24,015 bases of DNA from a virus (Duplodnaviria; Heunggongvirae; Uroviricota; Caudoviricetes). A program made the position numbers and the translations under genes. The stretch lies in the IMG/VR virus record IMGVR_UViG_2563366887_000004; one strand, 5' to 3'. The notes beneath the pieces are model-generated. The model made no database searches and was not told the DNA's origin. It saw only the letters and a program-made list of their open reading frames with translations. Shown in pieces: positions 18,327-24,015 of this stretch (its first letter is position 1; each line of letters opens with the position of its first letter).

Positions 18327-19145
18327 TTAAGCAGCCATCTGATGATATTTTTCCCTGAAGGCTGCCGGGGAGATATTCCCCAGACGAGAGTGACGACGCT
18401 GACGATTGTAGAAAATCTCAATGTATTCCCGTATTACTGAGATGGCTTCATCCCGGTTATTAAAACGATAGTGGCTCAGGCTCTCATTTTTCAGCGTTCC
18501 CCAGAAGCTTTCCATCGGAGCGTTGTCGTAACAGTTACCTTTACGCGACATTGATGTTTTCAGACCAAACTGCTCCTGTATGACCCGGTAATCGTATGCG
18601 CAGTACTGTGAACCTCGATCAGAGTGGTGGATTAGCCCGGCAGGTGGGCGCTGGCTCCTGAGCGCCATAAACAGGGCTTTACCTGTCAGCTCTTTTGTCA
18701 TGCACTCTCCCATGGCGTAGCCGACAATTTCGCACGTATAAACATCTTTGATGCCAGCGAGGTACAACCATCCCTCCTGTGTGGCAACATACGTCAGGTC
18801 CGCCACCCAGACCTGATTTGGTGCTGTAGGAGCGAACGTCTGGTTCAGCAGATTTGGCGCAACTGGCAGATTGTGGTTCGAGTTCGTAGTCGCTCTGAAC
18901 TTGCGTTTCTGCTTACAGCGTAGCCTTAGCTCCTTACGAAGACGTGCCAGTCGGTCACGACCAACGATGATGCCATTCTCTGCCAGCTCCGTCTGGAGCC
19001 GCCGGGTTCCATATGTTTCGCGAGTGCGGATATGTGCCACCTTAATCTCCAGTTTTAGCCGCTCATCACTTTGTTTTCTGTCTGAGGGTTCATGCTGTAC
19101 CCAGTTGTAATAACCGCTCCTGGATACACCAAATACCTGACACAT
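18327..19145 (-). CDS. IS3-family (IS600-like) transposase OrfB, DDE catalytic domain
   Basis: 272-aa ORF MCQVFGVSRSGYYNWVQHEP... with DDE motifs (WVADLTYV, HHSDRGSQY, NCYDNAPMESFWGTLK); the frame overlaps the 3' end of orfA as expected for a -1 frameshift fusion. Confidence 0.85.
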   Translation of the reverse strand: MCQVFGVSRSGYYNWVQHEPSDRKQSDERLKLEIKVAHIRTRETYGTRRLQTELAENGIIVGRDRLARLRKELRLRCKQKRKFRATTNSNHNLPVAPNLLNQTFAPTAPNQVWVADLTYVATQEGWLYLAGIKDVYTCEIVGYAMGECMTKELTGKALFMALRSQRPPAGLIHHSDRGSQYCAYDYRVIQEQFGLKTSMSRKGNCYDNAPMESFWGTLKNESLSHYRFNNRDEAISVIREYIEIFYNRQRRHSRLGNISPAAFREKYHQMAA

Positions 19146-19222
19146 CGCTTCAATGGGAAATTGTTGTCGCCATTGTTCGATTAACGCGTATTTTTCAGCG
19201 ACTCCTGTGCAAAATACGCTGT

Positions 19223-20443
19223 TGTAGATTCAATCTGTCAATGCAACACCCCTTTCAATTATCTCTTTCGGTGTTTTGAACTTCAGTGTCTTTCTCGGTC
19301 TGTTGTTTAGCTGAGCAGCAACCAGATCTAGTTCATGTTGAGTATATTGGGCAAGACATGTCTTTTTAGGAAAGTACTGCCGAATTAGCCCATTTGTGTT
19401 CTCATTTGTTCCCCGCTGCCAAGGACTCTGAGGATCGCAGAAGTAAACTTTAACGCCGGTGCTGACAGTAAATTCTAGATGTCTGGCCAGTTCCATTCCT
19501 CTGTCCCATGTCAGTGATTTTCTGAGTTCTGACGGTAAACTCAGGAATTTGTCGGTAAGAGCCTGATTTACTGAGACAGAATCTTTGCCCCTGAGTCTAA
19601 GGATGATCGTATAACGTGATTTTCGGTCTACAAGTGTGGCTATATGAGAGTTTTTTGTACCTGAGACTAAATCGCCCTCCCAATGTCCCAGAGAGCGTCT
19701 GTTATCGATATTTCGGGAACGTTCGTGAATTGGTGTTCCGTTCACTATGTTAATCGTACCTCTTTCGCCTTTGCGGGTATGACGCCTGCCATGGCGAAGG
19801 CTATGCGACCGTCGCAGATGCTGTATATTCAGGTGGTGTAGCGCTTCACGGCTACGAAAGTACAGCGTTTTATAAATTGTCTCAGGTGATATTCGCAGCG
19901 TTTTTTGACGTGGTTTTGTTCGCCTTAACCATCCTGATATTTGCTCTGGAGACCATTTCATCTCCAGCTTTTCCAGAACAAGCTTTCGCAATGGTAAATT
20001 TTGATCCAGTAAGCACGGTTTTGGCCTTTTCGCCATTCTGTTGGCTCGGTTATTAGCATCAACAGCTTTGTAATAGCGTCTGCCCCGATTACGCTGAACT
20101 TCACGTGAGATCGTCGAAGGACTGCGATTCAGCGCAGTAGCTATCGCACGAATGCTCATTTTGGCTGACAAACCAGCTCGTATCTCCTCGCGCTCAGACA
20201 GTGTCAGGTGAGCTACAGCCCGCTTACGCTCATGGGGTTTTATGCCGCCAGTATCCCTTAACATAGTGAAGATCGTTCCGGGTTTTGAACCCAGGATATT
20301 CGCTATTTCACTGAAGCCTGTTCCGTTCTTCCATAGTTCAAAAACAGAGGCTTTTTCCTCTGCTGTAAATGTTCGTCTCATTCAAAAAACCTCCGCAACC
20401 CCATGTTTTCACATAACTGTTGCGTTGACCAATTGAATCTACA
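19223..20443 (-). mobile_element. IS30, complete (1221 bp) with terminal inverted repeats and 2-bp target-site duplication GT
   Basis: Ends TGTAGATTCAAT... (19223) and ...ATTGAATCTACA (20443); the 20443 end on the minus strand reads TGTAGATTCAATTGGTCAACGCAACAGTTATGTG, matching the IS30 IR as I recall it; length exactly 1221 bp; GT at 19221-19222 and 20444-20445. Confidence 0.9.
19230..20381 (-). CDS. insI: IS30 transposase (383 aa)
   Basis: 383-aa ORF MRRTFTAEEKASVFELWKNGTGFSEIANILG... recognised as IS30 transposase; lies within the IS30 boundaries. Confidence 0.95.
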   Translation of the reverse strand: MRRTFTAEEKASVFELWKNGTGFSEIANILGSKPGTIFTMLRDTGGIKPHERKRAVAHLTLSEREEIRAGLSAKMSIRAIATALNRSPSTISREVQRNRGRRYYKAVDANNRANRMAKRPKPCLLDQNLPLRKLVLEKLEMKWSPEQISGWLRRTKPRQKTLRISPETIYKTLYFRSREALHHLNIQHLRRSHSLRHGRRHTRKGERGTINIVNGTPIHERSRNIDNRRSLGHWEGDLVSGTKNSHIATLVDRKSRYTIILRLRGKDSVSVNQALTDKFLSLPSELRKSLTWDRGMELARHLEFTVSTGVKVYFCDPQSPWQRGTNENTNGLIRQYFPKKTCLAQYTQHELDLVAAQLNNRPRKTLKFKTPKEIIERGVALTD

Positions 20444-20770
20444 GTTGCTTTTTTTAATATATCTCGCTCAAGGCGAGCTTCATTTAACGCCTTACGCAGT
20501 TGCAGAATTTCAGATTCCAGTTCAGCCACCGTGCGGGAACCAGGAGTACCGAGCCCTTTTCTGGCGGCGGTAACCCATTGTCCTAAAGTGCCTTCAGGAA
20601 GAGATAATCGGGAAGCGCCTTCACTGATCGAAAGTTGATTTTCAAGAACCGTTCTGACAGCTTCGGCTTTGAACTCTTTAGAGTAACGTTGGGTTTTTCT
20701 GCTCATTATTAGCTCCTTCTGATGCCATTCTATTTCAGGAAGGAGTGTCCGTTAAACTCAGGCTACCTCA

Positions 20771-22376
20771 GCGTATCTCGGCATCAATGCGCAAACAGCC
20801 TGATGCCCTTCGCTACGACCGCCAAACTATTTTTGGCCTTGTCCGTGAGCGTCCGATCGACATTCACAAAGATCCCGTAGCACTGAACAAATATATCTGC
20901 GAATACCTGACGACAAAGGGCGTGTTTGAGAATGAAGAAACAGACCTGGGCACTGTTGATGTTCTCCAGTCATCAGAAACACAAACTGATGCAGTGGAAA
21001 CTGAGGTATCTGATATCCCAAAAAATGAAACCGCGCCGGAAGCTGAACCATCTGTAGAGCGTGAGGGGCCGTTCTATTTCCTCTTCGCAGATAAGGACGG
21101 AGAAAAATACGGTCGCGCAAACAAACTCTCTGGTCTGGATAAGGCACTGGCTGCTGGCGCCACTGAAATCACAAAAGAAGAATATTTTGCCCGAAAAAAT
21201 GGCACATACACGGGCTTACCGCAAAATGTAGATACCGCTGAAGATTCAGAACAACCAGAGCCGATAAAAGTTACCGCTGACGAAGTAAACAAAATTATGC
21301 AGGCAGCCAATATCAGCCAGCCTGACGCCGATAAGTTGCTTGCTGCATCACGTGGTGAATTTGTTGAAGGGATTAGTGACCCGAATGATCCGAAATGGGT
21401 TAAGGGGCTCCAGACCCGCGATTCTGTGAACCAGAACCAGCATGAATCGGAACGGAACTACCAAAAAGCGGAACAAAACAGTCCAAATGCGTTACAAAAC
21501 GAGCCAGAAACGAAACAGCCTGAACCAGTAGCGCAACAGGAAGTGGAAAAAGTCTGCACCGCCTGCGGTCAGACCGGCGGCGGCAACTGCCCTGATTGTG
21601 GCGCGGTGATGGGCGACGCAACATACCAAGAAACATTCGATGAAGAGTATCAGGTTGAAGTTCAGGAAGATGATCCGGAGGAAATGGAAGGCGCTGAACA
21701 TCCACACAAGGAGAACACTGGCGGCAATCAGCATCACAATAGCGATAATGAAACTGGCGAGACGGCAGATCACCCAATTAAGGTGAACGGTCATCACGAA
21801 ATCACATCCACCAGCAGGACGTGTGACCATCTAATGATCGACCTTGAAACCATGGGAAAAAATCCTGATGCCCCGATCATCTCAATAGGTGCAATATTTT
21901 TCGATCCGCAAACCGGAGATATGGGACCGGAATTTAGTAAGACTATCGATCTGGAAACTGCTGGCGGAGTCATTGATCGGGACACCATTAAATGGTGGCT
22001 TAAGCAATCACGCGAAGCGCAATCTGCCATTATGACCGATGAAATCCCGTTAGATGATGCACTGTTACAATTGCGAGAATTTATCGACGAAAACTCCGGT
22101 GAATTTTTTGTTCAGGTTTGGGGAAATGGAGCCAACTTCGACAACACGATTTTGCGCCGTTCATACGAACGGCAGGGGATCCCCTGCCCGTGGCGTTACT
22201 ACAACGATCGCGATGTACGCACAATCGTTGAGCTGGGGAAAGCCATAGACTTCGATGCCAGAACGGCTATTCCATTCGAAGGTGAGCGCCATAATGCACT
22301 TGATGACGCCCGTTACCAGGCAAAATACGTTTCAGTTATCTGGCAAAAACTGATCCCGAGTCAGGCTGATTCTTAA
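20771..22376 (+). pseudogene. 3' part of the insertion-disrupted gene: acidic linker, C4 zinc ribbon and C-terminal DEDDh 3'-5' exonuclease domain
   Basis: In frame with 17853..18283 across the IS. Contains CTACGQTGGGNCPDCG (zinc ribbon) and exonuclease motifs Exo I MIDLETMG, Exo II WGNGANFDNTIL, Exo III HNALDDARY. The ORF-track start at 20745 is a GTG inside the IS terminal repeat and is artefactual. Confidence 0.65.
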
Positions 22377-22448
22377 TGTTCAACTGTCGCCGGTTGTGAC
22401 TGGTATTCTGCAACCGGCGCTCGTCTGATGTAAGAGATAAAGAAATCG

Positions 22449-22700
22449 ATGAGCGAAGTAATCATGATTGTCTCTCCCGGCAAATGGGTATCCGAAGAGC
22501 AGTTAATTGCGCTGAAAGGAATAAAAAAAGGTACGTTAAAAAAGGCCCGGGAAAAATCGTTTATGGAAGGAAGGGAATATAAGCATGTCGCTCATGACGG
22601 TATGCCATGGGATAACAGTCCATGCTTTTACAACCTGGAAGAAATTGATCGCTGGATTGAGCGCCAGGCATCAGCGAGACCAAGACGTCATCTTACTTGA
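22449..22700 (+). CDS. excisionase-like small protein (putative Xis) upstream of the integrase
   Basis: 83-aa ORF immediately upstream of, and co-oriented with, the integrase gene. Assignment by position and size only. Confidence 0.5.
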   Translation: MSEVIMIVSPGKWVSEEQLIALKGIKKGTLKKAREKSFMEGREYKHVAHDGMPWDNSPCFYNLEEIDRWIERQASARPRRHLT

Positions 22701-22719
22701 CTAAAAGCCACACTAACTA

Positions 22720-24015
22720 ATGAGAGAAGTTGAAATGAAATATCCGACAGGCGTGGAAAACCATGGAGGGAAATTACGTATCTGGTTTGTTTATAAAGAC
22801 GTAAGAGTCAGGGAAAATCTGGGGGTTCCTGACACAGCAAAAAACAGGCGCGTTGCAGGTGAACTACGCTCCTCTGTTTGTTACGCAATAAAAACTGGTG
22901 TTTTCGACTATGCAAAACAGTTTCCCTCCTCACGCAATCTGGAAAAATTTGGTGAGGCCCGACAAGATTTAACCATAAAAGAACTGGCTGAAAAATTTCT
23001 GGCACTGAAAGAAACTGAAGTCGCCAAAACATCACTCAACACATACCGTGCCGTCATCAAAAATATCCTGAGCATAATCGGTGAAAAAAATCTTGCCTCA
23101 TCGATTAATAAAGAAAAATTACTGGAGGTTCGTAAAGAGTTACTGACTGGATACCAGATCCCCAAAAGTAACTATATTGTTACACAACCAGGGAGATCGG
23201 CTGTAACTGTAAATAATTACATGACAAATCTTAACGCCGTGTTCCAGTTTGGTGTTGATAACGGTTACCTGGCAGATAATCCGTTTAAGGGGATCTCGCC
23301 ATTAAAGGAATCAAGAACCATTCCGGATCCTCTTTCGCGGGAAGAATTTATCCGTCTTATCGATGCGTGCAGAAATCAGCAAGCAAAAAATTTATGGTGT
23401 GTTTCTGTTTATACTGGAGTTCGCCCTGGTGAGCTGTGTGCACTTGGATGGGAGGACATAGATCTGAAAAATGGAACAATGATGATCAGGAGAAATTTAG
23501 CAAAAGACCGTTTCACGGTACCAAAAACACAGGCGGGAACCAATCGGGTCATTCATCTTATTAAGCCAGCAATCGACGCTCTCCGGAGTCAGATGACATT
23601 AACGAGACTGAGCAAAGAGCATATCATTGATGTTCACCTCAGAGAGTATGGCAGAACAGAAAAACAAAAATGCACCTTTGTTTTTCAACCTGAAGTGTCA
23701 GCGAGAGTAAAAAATTATGGTGACCATTTTACCGTTGACTCAATAAGGCAGATGTGGGACGCAGCGATAAAACGTGCCGGACTCCGCCATCGAAAATCAT
23801 ATCAGTCGAGACATACTTATGCCTGCTGGTCGCTGACAGCTGGTGCTAACCCGGCATTTATAGCAAACCAGATGGGCCATGCAGATGCGCAAATGGTATT
23901 TCAGGTATACGGAAAATGGATGTCTGAAAACAATAATGCACAGGTAGCTTTGTTAAATACACAGTTAAGCGAGTTTGCCCCAACCATGCCCCATAACGAA
24001 GCAATGAAAAATTAA
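22720..24015 (+). CDS. intQ: tyrosine recombinase, phage integrase family (lambda Int-like)
   Basis: 431-aa ORF ending at the window edge; C-terminal catalytic region with SRHTYA and GHADAQMVFQVYGKW (putative His and Tyr nucleophile). An alternative start at 22735 (MKYPTGVENHGG...) has a better SD. The gene symbol is an inference from the Qin-like context. Confidence 0.85.
   Translation: MREVEMKYPTGVENHGGKLRIWFVYKDVRVRENLGVPDTAKNRRVAGELRSSVCYAIKTGVFDYAKQFPSSRNLEKFGEARQDLTIKELAEKFLALKETEVAKTSLNTYRAVIKNILSIIGEKNLASSINKEKLLEVRKELLTGYQIPKSNYIVTQPGRSAVTVNNYMTNLNAVFQFGVDNGYLADNPFKGISPLKESRTIPDPLSREEFIRLIDACRNQQAKNLWCVSVYTGVRPGELCALGWEDIDLKNGTMMIRRNLAKDRFTVPKTQAGTNRVIHLIKPAIDALRSQMTLTRLSKEHIIDVHLREYGRTEKQKCTFVFQPEVSARVKNYGDHFTVDSIRQMWDAAIKRAGLRHRKSYQSRHTYACWSLTAGANPAFIANQMGHADAQMVFQVYGKWMSENNNAQVALLNTQLSEFAPTMPHNEAMKN

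Larger units (their letters stand above)
19181..20706 (-). pseudogene. IS600-like transposase orfA (HTH), interrupted by the IS30 insertion
   Basis: N-terminal part MSRKTQRYSKEFKAEAVRTVLENQLSISEGASRLSLPEGTLGQWV...ERDILKKAT (20706..20444) continues, after removal of IS30 and one copy of the 2-bp duplication, as ...AYFAQESLKNTR* (19222..19181). Confidence 0.8.
18284..20770 (-). mobile_element. IS3-family insertion sequence, IS600-like (1264 bp after removing the nested IS30), flanked by a 3-bp target-site duplication GCG
   Basis: Ends TGAGGTGTACTGGCAATAGCGGACA (18284...) and ...TGTCCGTTAAACTCAGGCTACCTCA (20770) form imperfect terminal inverted repeats; GCG at 18281-18283 and 20771-20773; orfA/orfB organisation typical of IS3 family; orfA matches my recollection of IS600 OrfA. 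Confidence 0.8.

Noticed and set aside
20827-22248. Several ORFs (64-125 aa) inside the exonuclease gene in other frames or antisense
   Set aside because: Nested within a longer ORF carrying clear domain motifs.
22808-23165. Two minus-strand ORFs inside the integrase gene
   Set aside because: Antisense to a well-supported integrase ORF.

Overview
This window looks like an almost complete, heavily degraded lambdoid (Qin-like) cryptic prophage in an Escherichia/Shigella-type chromosome. It runs from a host/prophage junction inside a 5'-truncated MFS transporter gene (ydfJ, 1..1284) to the stop codon of a tyrosine integrase at the window end (24015). Identifiable modules, left to right: ydfK; a Pin invertase with tfa and stf fragments; a Nu1 (nohA) fragment next to a lambda-type cos site; small accessory genes (ynfO, ydfO, gnsB); cold-shock paralogs cspI, cspB and cspF; a phage-21-type lysis cassette (pinholin essQ, ydfR, SAR endolysin rrrQ, nested spanins rzpQ/rzoQ); a Q antiterminator split across two frames with a downstream late promoter/terminator pair; rem; the hokD-relE-relB toxin-antitoxin operon with its operator; flxA with a sigma-28 promoter; a 437-aa DDE transposase; a degraded region; a small amino-methyltransferase; and a DEDDh-exonuclease gene split by an IS600-like element that is itself split by a complete IS30, followed by xis and int. 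No head or tail structural genes, terminase large subunit, repressor/cro region, tRNA, rRNA or CRISPR array were found. I did not find a convincing new multi-gene system; the most notable items are the nested insertion with exact target-site duplications, the reconstructable exonuclease gene, the retained cos site beside a deleted morphogenesis module, and several small unannotated ORFs. All coordinates were derived by hand from the sequence and ORF track; gene names rest on recalled E. coli K-12 Qin annotation and lambda sequence, not on any search.
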